From positions 13,461 through 77,460 of the forward strand of contig JAUSGQ010000020.1 in assembly GCA_030674455.1 (NCBI GenBank): DNA of 64,000 nucleotides, in the 5' to 3' direction. The notes under the pieces are model-generated. The model was not told the origin of the DNA, made no database searches, and was given only the letters and a program-made list of their open reading frames with translations. Of the stretch, positions 1 to 8,325 are shown in pieces. Position 1 is the stretch's first letter. Each line of letters begins with the position of its first letter. The stretch is from a bacterium. Its GTDB lineage: Bacteria > Patescibacteriota > Minisyncoccia > Phycocordibacterales > UBA2100. The translations under genes were made by a program, and so were the position numbers.

Positions 1-276
1 GGCAAGCTCACCGATGGAACCGTATTTGACAGTTCTGCCGCCCAGGGGAAACCGCTCGTCTTTACTCTCGGCTCGGAAGGAATCATCCCCGGATTTCAAG
101 TCGGCGTTAACGGCATGAAAGTTGGCGGGGAACGCCTTCTCGCGGTTCCGCCGTCTCTCGCATACGGAGCAGAGCAAGTTGGAACGATTCCACCTAATTC
201 CACGCTTATCTTCAACGTCAAGCTCATAAAAGTCGAGGAGCCGGCACCTGCGGCAGAAACAGCTCCCGCAAATTAA
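1..276 (+). CDS. FKBP-type peptidyl-prolyl cis-trans isomerase, C-terminal fragment (5' end outside window)
   Basis: Frame-1 translation GKLTDGTVFDSSAAQGKPLVFTLGSEGIIPGFQVGVNGMKVGGERLLAVPPSLAYGAEQVGTIPPNSTLIFNVKLIKV matches the FKBP domain signature (GxxxGxxxMxxGE...IPPNSTLxFxVxL); stop at 274-276. Confidence 0.7.
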   Translation, partial: GKLTDGTVFDSSAAQGKPLVFTLGSEGIIPGFQVGVNGMKVGGERLLAVPPSLAYGAEQVGTIPPNSTLIFNVKLIKVEEPAPAAETAPAN

Positions 277-336
277 GAAGCGGATAATAGTGTTCGGCAA
301 GGTCGTGAGTTGCCGACGAAGTTGGTGTATGGGCTT

Positions 337-469
337 GCCCGGTTAGTACAATGTGGCGTCGTTTCCGTCGCTGTTCAACTCGATTTTGTTGACTTCCTCT
401 CGTCTACAATTTGGCTGATTTTTGTTCAAGAAACTACACCCAAGACTACGCCACATTGTCCTACCGGGC
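337..469. repeat. TIR element family 'A' copy 1 (~135 bp, MITE-like)
   Basis: Left end GCCCGGTTAGTACAATGTGGCGT (337-360) and right end ACGCCACATTGTCCTACCGGGC (446-469) are near-perfect inverted repeats. Internal GTTTCYGYCG and ...CCAAGAC.ATGCC motifs are shared with copies at 3605, 43613, 45137 and 51483. Confidence 0.7.
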
Positions 470-504
470 TTGCGTGCAATATGAAAACGAGTAAGCTTCG
501 GCCA

Positions 505-550
505 TGCCCAGACACTAATACTGCCGTCGCCTCTATGAACACATTTTATT
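505..550. repeat. Fragment of the longer related element (matches the left end of the copy at 41119)
   Basis: ATGCCCAGACACTAATACTGCCGTCGCCTCTATGAACACA resembles 41119-41160 ATGCCCAGACACTCACTTTGGCATCGCCTCTTTATGAAAACA. Confidence 0.45.
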
Positions 551-800
551 GCATTAGACAACATTTCTCTTTCATCAAAAAACTCCAGTGGTCGCTGGAT
601 TTGTCTCGGCAGGAATTACGGCAGTATTAGTGTACGGGTATGCCTCATTACCCATGGATTTTCATCACAATCCTCACCGTTTGGGTATGCCTTACCTTTA
701 TCCTCGCGGGAGCTAGCGATAGGATAGACGTCACATTTGTCTTTCTTTTGGGCGCTGTTTTCACGACTATCATAGCCGTAAAGGGATTGCGTCCCGATGT

Positions 801-2402
801 TTGATTATTTCCAGCATGGAAATGATGCTTCGTTTTCCCAATCGAATCTTTTCCGTCTTTTTTGTAATTTGTAAGTGGAGTGCTAGACGCCACGCTTTGG
901 TGCATGGTGAATTGCGGCAGCTTGATGGCCCCTACCGGACCCTTCTCATTTTAGAGGAGCTCGGCGGAGTTTATCTAAAATTCGGCCAGATTCTCGCGAT
1001 GCGCATCGACCTTATTCCGGCGCGATATGCGGCGGTTTTGATGAATTTATTTTCGAACGTAGCTCCGCAGCCGAACCATTTATTCTTCAAAGCATTTGAA
1101 CGGGCAACGGGAAAGAAGCCGGACGAAGTTTTTGAAACGATAGACAGGGACCCCATCGGCATCGCATCTTTCGCGCAAGTTTACAAAGGCTTCATAGAGG
1201 GAAAGCCGGTCGCAATCAAAATTCAAAAACCGGATGCGGGTCTAGTGATTAAGGAGGATTTGCTGGTCCTTCGTTTTATTATCGAAGCTCTAAAAAAGTT
1301 CGGTTTTCTAGGTACCGTTTCCACCTCCCAACTCGTCGGGCAATTCACCGTATGGCTTCGGCAAGAGCTGGACTACCGCATCGAAGCGGCAAATCTTAAA
1401 GACATGTCAGAACAAATAAAAAAACACGGTTTGGAAAACCGCGTGCGAATACCAGGTCTTTACTCTCAATTTGTTACAAAAACCACGCTTGTCGAAGAAT
1501 TTTTCGATGGAGCAAGCGTCGATGATGTCATCAGGGGCCGCGTGCGCATATCTCCCGCCAAGCGCCTTAAAGCGGCAAAAGCATTTCAGCGAGACTTAAT
1601 GCGCCAGTCATGGGTCGACGGATTTTTCCACGCGGACCCGCACCCCGGAAACCTAATGATATTTGACGATGGGCGCATTGGATACATTGATTTCGGGATT
1701 ATGGGGCGCGCCTCGACCGCGCCTGTTCATTTTCTCCGCTTCGTCGAGGGAGCAGTAAACCGCGACGCCGCGTATTCTACAAAAAGTTTAATGCAATACG
1801 CTCACACGCGCATTAAGAACGAGGGAAGAGAATTATTTGAGAGAGAACCAAAATACCGAAATGCCGCTGACCTTGTCTTAAACTTCATCACACAAAAACT
1901 TTCGGAAAATCTTGTGCCGTTAATGGATGAATGGCATGAGCAGACGGGAAATCCCAATCTAAGCCTTTTCGAACGCAGCTCTTCCGTCGCTTTTTATAAA
2001 ATGATTAAAGAGGCGTCGAAACTCGGTGTTAAATTTCCGACAGATTCTATAGCGTTCGTGCGCGCTCTCCTCATTATCGACATGGTCTGCCTAAATCTCA
2101 GCCCGAAATTCAACATGATAGAGTCCGCAAAAGGATTCTTTGAAGAATTTCCCATGGAGCGCGTGGAGAGGGAGAATCCACTGTTCGCTCTAGAGCGTAA
2201 ATCCGCTCACATGACGCCGACATTCTCGCCGCATCTATTGGCCAACTCGGTCGGCAGACAATGGGACATTGAATACCAGGCGCACCGAAAAGGAATGGCC
2301 GCGCACCGCTACGAGAACAACAAACACCGGCTCATACGCCAGGTAGGCGCGCTTGCCGAGAAGTATCCGGAATTGTATACTACGTTGCGAGAGGTTTTAT
2401 GA
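801..2402 (+). CDS. UbiB/ABC1-family atypical protein kinase
   Basis: Motifs LKFGQILAMRIDLIP, FHADPHPGNLMI and IDFGIMG are characteristic of the ABC1/UbiB (aarF) kinase domain. True start may be an internal Met. Confidence 0.75.
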   Translation: MIISSMEMMLRFPNRIFSVFFVICKWSARRHALVHGELRQLDGPYRTLLILEELGGVYLKFGQILAMRIDLIPARYAAVLMNLFSNVAPQPNHLFFKAFERATGKKPDEVFETIDRDPIGIASFAQVYKGFIEGKPVAIKIQKPDAGLVIKEDLLVLRFIIEALKKFGFLGTVSTSQLVGQFTVWLRQELDYRIEAANLKDMSEQIKKHGLENRVRIPGLYSQFVTKTTLVEEFFDGASVDDVIRGRVRISPAKRLKAAKAFQRDLMRQSWVDGFFHADPHPGNLMIFDDGRIGYIDFGIMGRASTAPVHFLRFVEGAVNRDAAYSTKSLMQYAHTRIKNEGRELFEREPKYRNAADLVLNFITQKLSENLVPLMDEWHEQTGNPNLSLFERSSSVAFYKMIKEASKLGVKFPTDSIAFVRALLIIDMVCLNLSPKFNMIESAKGFFEEFPMERVERENPLFALERKSAHMTPTFSPHLLANSVGRQWDIEYQAHRKGMAAHRYENNKHRLIRQVGALAEKYPELYTTLREVL

Positions 2403-2436
2403 AAGGCTTTAAGCCTTTGCTGTCTGCGCCGCTCGG

Positions 2437-2464
2437 ATGTAAATGCGCAAGCACATTTACATCT
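2437..2464 (+). terminator. Hairpin downstream of UbiB-like gene
   Basis: GATGTAAATG-cgcaagca-CATTTACATC is a perfect 10-bp stem 35 nt after the stop. No strong T-run, so termination function is uncertain. Confidence 0.3.
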
Positions 2465-2760
2465 CTCGCTATCCTCGACAGATAAGCACCTCTCCTATTA
2501 TCATATGAAGTATCCATGGGTCGCTTTTACAATCGTCCTTTTGTGGATTGAGGCGACGTATACGATCCTCTCAAACCAAGCGAGCAACGCATTTATTATC
2601 ATTGTTGCAACGGTCGTTTGCACCTCGATACTCGTGCTTTTTGGTTTTCGTTCGGCAACGTAGCCGCGGGTTTCGGCCTGCGGATGATTGCCGGCAAAGC
2701 CGGCTTCATGTTCCTTTTACCCATAAGAGATTAATTTAATAACTGTAACTATTTATTTAT

Positions 2761-3339
2761 ATGAGCATCGTCAAACATCCGGAACAGCGCGTAGGCGTTT
2801 TTATTGATACGCAGAATCTATATCACAGCGCGAAAAACATTTATCATGCGCGCGTGAATTTTGGGAATGTGTTAAAAGATTCGGTCGCCGGCCGCCACCT
2901 CATCCGCGCGCGCGCCTACGTAGTCACCACCGAATCAGGGGAAGAGAAGGGTTTCTTTGAGGCGCTGGAAAAAATCGGCATCGAAACGAGAACCAAGGAT
3001 CTGCAAATATTTTTCGGGGGAGCAAAAAAAGCCGACTGGGACGTGGGGCTCGCAGTCGACGCGATTACCGCCGCTCCGAGCTTGGACACGGTCATCCTTT
3101 TTACCGGCGACGGCGACTTTATCCCCCTCGTCGAATACTTAAAGGTACACGACGGATGCCAGGTGGAGGTGGTTTCGTTCGGAAAAAGCACGTCCGGCCG
3201 TCTGAAAGAATCTGCAGACCACTTTTTGGACCTTGATATCGACCCGCGCCGCTACCTGTTGAACTATCGGCCTTCAAACTCTCGCCGCGCAAGCGAGAGG
3301 GATGTCAGTGTTACTTCTGACGAAGATTCTATAGCTTAA
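2761..3339 (+). CDS. NYN/LabA-like (DUF88) domain protein
   Basis: VGVFIDTQNLYHSAKN...ILFTGDGDFIPLVEYLK matches the NYN/LabA-like PIN-fold signature. Confidence 0.6.
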   Translation: MSIVKHPEQRVGVFIDTQNLYHSAKNIYHARVNFGNVLKDSVAGRHLIRARAYVVTTESGEEKGFFEALEKIGIETRTKDLQIFFGGAKKADWDVGLAVDAITAAPSLDTVILFTGDGDFIPLVEYLKVHDGCQVEVVSFGKSTSGRLKESADHFLDLDIDPRRYLLNYRPSNSRRASERDVSVTSDEDSIA

Positions 3340-3384
3340 AACTAGTTCGTAGTCTGTAGTGCGTAGAAAGTAGTAGAACTCAAA

Positions 3385-3606
3385 CTACTTATCTATGCGG
3401 TAAATGAATGCGAGTGCCGTAATTTGTCCGAGTACGAGGAAAGTGAGCGCTTCCAATTCAAACCCGCCGAGGAACGAATAGTTCTGATTGATGAACCAGC
3501 GCACATACGCCTGCGCGGCGATGAATCCTATAAAGAGAACGGATGAAACAACGAAGGTTATAATCGATAGCCAATACACTACGCTCTGCCGGGTTTCCGC
3601 TGTCAT
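3385..3606 (-). CDS. Small two-TM membrane protein (hypothetical)
   Basis: 73-aa ORF with two hydrophobic helices. Its ATG is formed exactly at the outer terminus of TIR element copy 2 (gtCATacccgg). Confidence 0.3.
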   Translation of the reverse strand: MTAETRQSVVYWLSIITFVVSSVLFIGFIAAQAYVRWFINQNYSFLGGFELEALTFLVLGQITALAFIYRIDK

Positions 3607-3741
3607 ACCCGGTCAGTACAATGTGGCATGGTTTCTGTCGCAGTTCATGCTCACATTATTATTTTTTCCCGACATATACATTTGATTGTTTTTGTTGAAG
3701 AAGCCACAACCAAGACAATGCCACATTGTCCTACCGGGCAT
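3605..3741. repeat. TIR element family 'A' copy 2
   Basis: Left TACCCGGTCAGTACAATGTGGCAT (3606-3629) and right ATGCCACATTGTCCTACCGGGCA (3718-3740). Internal GTTTCTGTCGCAG and ACAACCAAGACAATGCC motifs are conserved. Confidence 0.75.
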
Positions 3742-3766
3742 GTTGTTATGGTAGCACGCTTTTGGA

Positions 3767-4780
3767 CTAGATTTTGAGATTGGTCTGTGCGCGGCGGGAA
3801 GAGATATAGGCGAACACAATGAATACAAGGCCGATGAGTCCGGTAATAATTTCAGGAACGTGAACAAAAATCCCCGCGAGCATGGAAAGTGCGAGGCCAA
3901 AAATCGCATAGTGCGCGCCATGCTCGAGGTAGGGGAGATTTTCCAGCGTCCGAGCCCGCACGAGTCCAACGGTAAATGCCCGCACGAATATTGCGCCGAT
4001 TCCGAGACCCGCGATGATGACTGGAAGATTGGAGGTAATCGCGAACGCGCCAACAACGCCGTCGAGAGAAAACGCGGAATCAAGGACGTTCAAGTACACA
4101 AAGAGTGCTGCCCCTCCCGCGACAGCCCCCGCGCTTGTTTCCGTTTGGAATGATTGCGCCACCCCTTCTATCACTATAAAAAGCACGGCGCCTATGAGGC
4201 CTGCGACAAGAATGGTCGCGGCTTCCGCCGGCAACAGGGCGGCGCAGATAAGTAGCGTCACAAGAACAATGGCGATTTCTATCGCCTCGATGCCGCCCCA
4301 GCGTGACATGTGCATTTCAATCGCTTCTATCCAATGCACTGTTTTCCTATCATTAAAAAAATATTTGAGCGAGACCAGGAGTAGGAACACGCTTCCGAAC
4401 GACGCGATTGCGACATGTGCATTCTCAAGTTGCTCGCCATACGAAACCGGGTCAAAAAATGCAAGGAGCGCCACTGCGATGGGAGAGAGGCCGGCGGCAG
4501 CCGCGACAATGAGTATCGGGAGGACGAAGCGAGTGCCAAAAACCGCGACCGGAATACCCCAGACAAGAAATCGCTTCTGCCAGATAGCGTCCATCCGCGC
4601 GAGCACTTTCGCGTTCACCACGGCGTTATCAAAGGAAAGCGTTGTTTCCAAAATCGCCAAAAGCGCAACAAGAAGTAAAGCGCTTAAACCGCCCCATATA
4701 TAAGCGGCAACAAGCACGATTGCGGAAAGAACCGCAGGAAAAACGAGGACTTTCATAGGAATGCCATCATGGTAGCACAA
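3767..4780 (-). CDS. Integral membrane protein (DUF475/TerC-like, multiple TM helices)
   Basis: About 8 hydrophobic helices. LSFDNAVV motif resembles the SxDN motif of DUF475/TerC-type membrane proteins. Confidence 0.45.
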   Translation of the reverse strand: MCYHDGIPMKVLVFPAVLSAIVLVAAYIWGGLSALLLVALLAILETTLSFDNAVVNAKVLARMDAIWQKRFLVWGIPVAVFGTRFVLPILIVAAAAGLSPIAVALLAFFDPVSYGEQLENAHVAIASFGSVFLLLVSLKYFFNDRKTVHWIEAIEMHMSRWGGIEAIEIAIVLVTLLICAALLPAEAATILVAGLIGAVLFIVIEGVAQSFQTETSAGAVAGGAALFVYLNVLDSAFSLDGVVGAFAITSNLPVIIAGLGIGAIFVRAFTVGLVRARTLENLPYLEHGAHYAIFGLALSMLAGIFVHVPEIITGLIGLVFIVFAYISSRRAQTNLKI

Positions 4781-4866
4781 AGCATGTTAGTTTTGAGTTG
4801 ACGCACCTATCCAGTACATTTGTCTTGTCTTGTTATAATCCAGATACCTATATACACTTTTGAAAT

Positions 4867-5349
4867 ATGCTTGATGTACCGAACAATACACGCAATCATG
4901 AAAGCCAGGAAGTGGCCTTGCCGGCTCTTACATCAGAACAAAAAGCTGAGAGAAATGCACGATTAAGATCAGTCGTAGGGGCAATTGATGATTTGACAAG
5001 AACATTGAGAATTCAGATACCAGATCCGGGTTTTCCTAAGATAGATGACCTTAAATTTGACGACAACCTGCAAGCGGCACAAATTAGAGCAGAGCTGACG
5101 ATTACCGGTCATCATAGATATGAAGACTTTCGGACAGGCCTTGCAAGAGACCCGGACATGAAAGCGCTTATTGGTGCATACAAAGTAGCCAATCGTCCAG
5201 AACACAGAAGAGTTATCGGCGAGAAGATACTAGTCTTGACGAACAAGAAAATTGAGGAAGCGAGGTTGCGTGGGGCACCATTTGAGGCCGCTACAACCGA
5301 CCCACTCACCGTAGATGACGTAAGGCGAATTATGAGAATTCATTTTTGA
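4867..5349 (+). CDS. Hypothetical protein
   Basis: 160-aa ORF in a coding-like region. No recognisable motif. Confidence 0.4.
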   Translation: MLDVPNNTRNHESQEVALPALTSEQKAERNARLRSVVGAIDDLTRTLRIQIPDPGFPKIDDLKFDDNLQAAQIRAELTITGHHRYEDFRTGLARDPDMKALIGAYKVANRPEHRRVIGEKILVLTNKKIEEARLRGAPFEAATTDPLTVDDVRRIMRIHF

Positions 5350-5417
5350 GCTATATGTACATTTGACGACTCTGCCAAACCCGTTATAATTGTGTTCTAA
5401 CAGGATAAGATATCGCT

Positions 5418-5657
5418 ATGTCCCAAAAAGTAATCGTCATTGGAAACTCGCTAGCTGTCACCATTCCCAAGGAAACCGCCAGGGAACTGCGCATCGAAGC
5501 GGGAGACCGCGTGGAAATTCGCGTTGATTCGCGCCGCAAGACTGTTTCGTTTCGTCCTGTGGAAAAAGCATCGCAGTCCGAGCAAAAAATCGCAAAGATG
5601 ACGGCGAATTTCATGCGCCGATACGACAATGACCTGCGCGAACTCGCTGGCAAGTAG
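5418..5657 (+). CDS. Antitoxin, AbrB/MazE (SpoVT-AbrB fold), partner of Doc
   Basis: N-terminus MSQKVIVIGNSLAVTIPKETARELRIEAGDRVEI is a typical swapped-hairpin AbrB/MazE antitoxin. Immediately upstream of the Doc gene (8-bp gap). Confidence 0.8.
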   Translation: MSQKVIVIGNSLAVTIPKETARELRIEAGDRVEIRVDSRRKTVSFRPVEKASQSEQKIAKMTANFMRRYDNDLRELAGK

Positions 5658-5665
5658 CATGTAGC

Positions 5666-6055
5666 ATGCGCTACCTCACTTCGTCTCAAATACTCCTCAT
5701 CCATTCCATGCTCATTGATGAGTACGGAGGTTCTCATGGGGTGCGCGATAGAAACCTGCTCGCGAGCCTTAGGCAATTGCCCGCGCAGACAGCATTTGGA
5801 AAGAATCTGTATCCAACGCTTTTTCTTAAATCCGCTTTGTACGTGCGCAATATCATAACGAGCCACCCGTTCCTTGATGGCAATAAGCGGAATGGTATCA
5901 CATGCGCCGCGATTTTTCTTGAAAATAACGGATACGTTTTTGACGCGAAAGTGGGGGAGCTTGAGAAGTACGCTGTCCTCATCGCCCGCGAGAAACCCGA
6001 ACTTGAAGAAATCGCCGAGTGGCTTAAAAAACACTCCAAACGCAACCGCCCTTGA
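5666..6055 (+). CDS. doc: Doc (death-on-curing) toxin, Fic/Doc family
   Basis: HPFLDGNKRNGITCAAIFL carries the Doc motif HxFx(D/N)GNKR. Size 129 aa. Confidence 0.85.
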   Translation: MRYLTSSQILLIHSMLIDEYGGSHGVRDRNLLASLRQLPAQTAFGKNLYPTLFLKSALYVRNIITSHPFLDGNKRNGITCAAIFLENNGYVFDAKVGELEKYAVLIAREKPELEEIAEWLKKHSKRNRP

Positions 6056-6146
6056 GGTTTAACCTCAAAGATATAACCTCAAAGATAGGGTTTATACACA
6101 AGGTAATTTATCTATCTCCGAAAGTTTAATCTTCGGAGGTTAGTGG
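6046..6146. repeat. Composite palindromic site P1 (TTGAGGTTTAACCTCAA + CTCCGAAAGTTTAATCTTCGGAG)
   Basis: Two adjacent hairpin-forming palindromes starting at the Doc stop codon. The same two modules recur at 6762-6875 and 7472-7545. Confidence 0.6.
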
Positions 6147-6711
6147 CTTTAAGTATGAGTTCAACGGCCTCTGCCAGATCGCTCGCAGTTTCATCTGGAC
6201 GATATGATTCTATCCAAGAATCAAGGTCTCGCTTTCCGTAGCCTGTCATCACCAATATTGTCCGACATCCGGCCCGCGCCCTCGCGCCGATGTCAATCGC
6301 CTTGTCGCCGATGAGTACGCAATTTTCTAGATCAAGATTGAGATCGCGGGCGGCGCGCTCTAGAAGTCCGGGGAGGGGCTTACGGCAATCGCATTGTCTC
6401 GTGTAATCGCCCTCGCCTGCCGTTGGATGGTGCGGACAGTAGTAAAAGTGATCTATCGAGGCACCAAAGTCTTTGAGTATTTCCGAGAACTGCTTGTGAA
6501 AAGAATCAACGTAATCTTGCATATAGTATCCGCGTGCAATACCCGACTGGTTTGAGACGATAATGACAGGGATGGAAAGTTCATTGACGCGCCGAAGCGC
6601 CGCGGCTGCGCCAGGAAGCAGCCGTATGTATTGAGGGCGATGTTCATAACCGTGTTCCTCGTTGATGACGCCGTCACGATCTAGAAACACCGCTTCAAGC
6701 GTTTTTGGCAT
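6112..6711 (-). CDS. D,D-heptose 1,7-bisphosphate phosphatase-like HAD-IIIA hydrolase (GmhB/histidinol-phosphatase family)
   Basis: FLDRDGVIN (DxDGT/V motif I), VSNQSGIARGY and GDKAIDIG, plus the Zn-binding C-x-H...C-x-C motif YYCPHHP...CDCRKP. Start moved to Met 6711 (MPKTLEAVFLDRDGV). Confidence 0.75.
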   Translation of the reverse strand: MPKTLEAVFLDRDGVINEEHGYEHRPQYIRLLPGAAAALRRVNELSIPVIIVSNQSGIARGYYMQDYVDSFHKQFSEILKDFGASIDHFYYCPHHPTAGEGDYTRQCDCRKPLPGLLERAARDLNLDLENCVLIGDKAIDIGARARAGCRTILVMTGYGKRDLDSWIESYRPDETASDLAEAVELILKATNLRRLNFRR

Positions 6712-6761
6712 AGGGCTTTTGACGCAGTGTACCTTTGCCTGCAACGGGCTGCAATCGATGT

Positions 6762-6875
6762 AATCTTTGAGGTTAAACCTCAATAGGAACAAGCAATATT
6801 TCACGAGCTGAAGAAATGCTTGGGGTACATCTGTCGCTAGCTACCTCCGAAGGTTAAGCCTTCGGAGGTTTTAGT
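6762..6875. repeat. Composite palindromic site P2 (TTGAGGTTAAACCTCAA ... ACCTCCGAAGGTTAAGCCTTCGGAGGTT)
   Basis: Inverted-order copy of the P1 modules on the other side of the HAD phosphatase gene. Confidence 0.6.
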
Positions 6876-6981
6876 TTATTGCGAATGCTATACTTAAATT
6901 CATGAACTGACTTGCAGAAATAAGTGGTGAGCCACTCGGAATCGAGTGATGTCGAACCATTATAAATAATCTCTAAACCAT

Positions 6982-7473
6982 ATGAATGTCAAAACATTTT
7001 ATTTTTATCTGAATGTCGTGTTATTTGCTATATGTTCAATTGTTTTTATCTTTATTTTCGGTAGAGGAATTCTAGTTATTATTGATGATTTTTCGCTATT
7101 ATATAGTCCGAATTATACTACTTCACAAGTTCTTACGTCTTTTTTGAAAATTCTAATCCATCTTCCAATCTCATTATTACTCACATTATACTTTGGAAAT
7201 AATATTTTAAAATCTCTCAAAAATAATGATTACTTAAGGAAGAAAAAATTTAAATTTGTTTTGCCCATTGTTGCATTTATACTTACAATCATAGGAATTT
7301 TGCTTCTGATTGGATATGGAATGATCTTAATTCAATCAGATCCCTCGATTACTGAAGTCGGTGAAGGTGTGGGGTTTGGTATTGTATTTTTATTTGTTGG
7401 AGGTTTGATAACTTCAACAGCATTTGGAATCATAGGATTTTTTATTGATAAACATTATATGAATCAAAACTAA
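6982..7473 (+). CDS. AT-rich hypothetical membrane protein
   Basis: 163 aa with 4-5 TM helices. The local composition (visibly AT-rich) differs from the surrounding DNA. Bounded by palindromic sites P2 and P3. Confidence 0.5.
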   Translation: MNVKTFYFYLNVVLFAICSIVFIFIFGRGILVIIDDFSLLYSPNYTTSQVLTSFLKILIHLPISLLLTLYFGNNILKSLKNNDYLRKKKFKFVLPIVAFILTIIGILLLIGYGMILIQSDPSITEVGEGVGFGIVFLFVGGLITSTAFGIIGFFIDKHYMNQN

Positions 7474-7545
7474 CCTCCGAAGGTTTAACCTTCGGAGGTT
7501 GACTTCCTCTATAATCATCTTTGAAGTTTTAACCTCAAGAAATAG
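7472..7545. repeat. Composite palindromic site P3 (AACCTCCGAAGGTT-T-AACCTTCGGAGGTT + TTGAAGTTTTAACCTCAAG)
   Basis: Perfect 14-bp-arm palindrome plus the TTAACCTCAA module. Confidence 0.6.
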
Positions 7546-7575
7546 AGTAATCTTGAGACTAAATCACATCGCCCT

Positions 7576-8034
7576 GTGTTAGAATTTAATCCAATGAGTA
7601 ACGAAACAGACCACAAAAAGATGGATCCAGTTTGGTTTTGGTGGGCTATTTTTACTGTAATTTATATTGCCTTTAATTTAAAGGGATTTCCTGTTAATTA
7701 CTTAAATCTTGGAGATTATCCAAATGGGTTGCCGTTAATGTCCTATATTGCTGCTTTTTTCGGTCTTTTTGCTCCATATGGAACTCTCTCATTTATTTCT
7801 CTCGTTACTAATCCATTATCTTGGGTTTCGTTCGTAATATTCTTTTTATTTATGAAATATATAAGTACATACATTAAAAAACATAGGTTCTCTAAATATC
7901 AAATTTTCTTTATCTGTTTATTGAGTCTTCTTTTAATTACAATCGTGGTTGATATAATTCGAGGCACACCTTTTGCGTCGTGGAATATCTTGTTTACAGG
8001 ACATTTACCACAACTTCCTAGTTATAGCTGGTAA
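7576..8034 (+). CDS. AT-rich hypothetical membrane protein
   Basis: 152 aa and multi-TM. AT-rich like 6982-7473. Confidence 0.45.
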   Translation: MLEFNPMSNETDHKKMDPVWFWWAIFTVIYIAFNLKGFPVNYLNLGDYPNGLPLMSYIAAFFGLFAPYGTLSFISLVTNPLSWVSFVIFFLFMKYISTYIKKHRFSKYQIFFICLLSLLLITIVVDIIRGTPFASWNILFTGHLPQLPSYSW

Positions 8035-8325
8035 ATTGACCCGGAGATAACGGTGCCGGCCACCCTAATGTGCCAAATCCCAGAAGTGGGTAACTGGCCT
8101 TATCAAAAGACTTTGCTAAACTGCCTTTTTTTGATATAGTTCGGTCATTAGTAAATAGCCGTGGTGTTTGGATAGGCCGAGTTAGTATTAAGCTGAAACC
8201 CCGAAGTAGAGTCCTCAATTTTTGATTACGTTGTCTGAGTTATCGGAGAACACAATCAGGAATTGAGCGCACCCCGAGGAGAAGGCTGGACTCACTACGG
8301 GGCAGGTCCGAACATCACCAAAGAA

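Noticed and set aside
8040-8325. Non-coding 285 bp upstream of pnp, as a possible ncRNA or pnp autoregulatory leader
   Set aside because: No recognisable conserved RNA motif and no clear hairpin-plus-terminator architecture. Could be an RNase III-processed pnp leader, but this cannot be supported from sequence alone.
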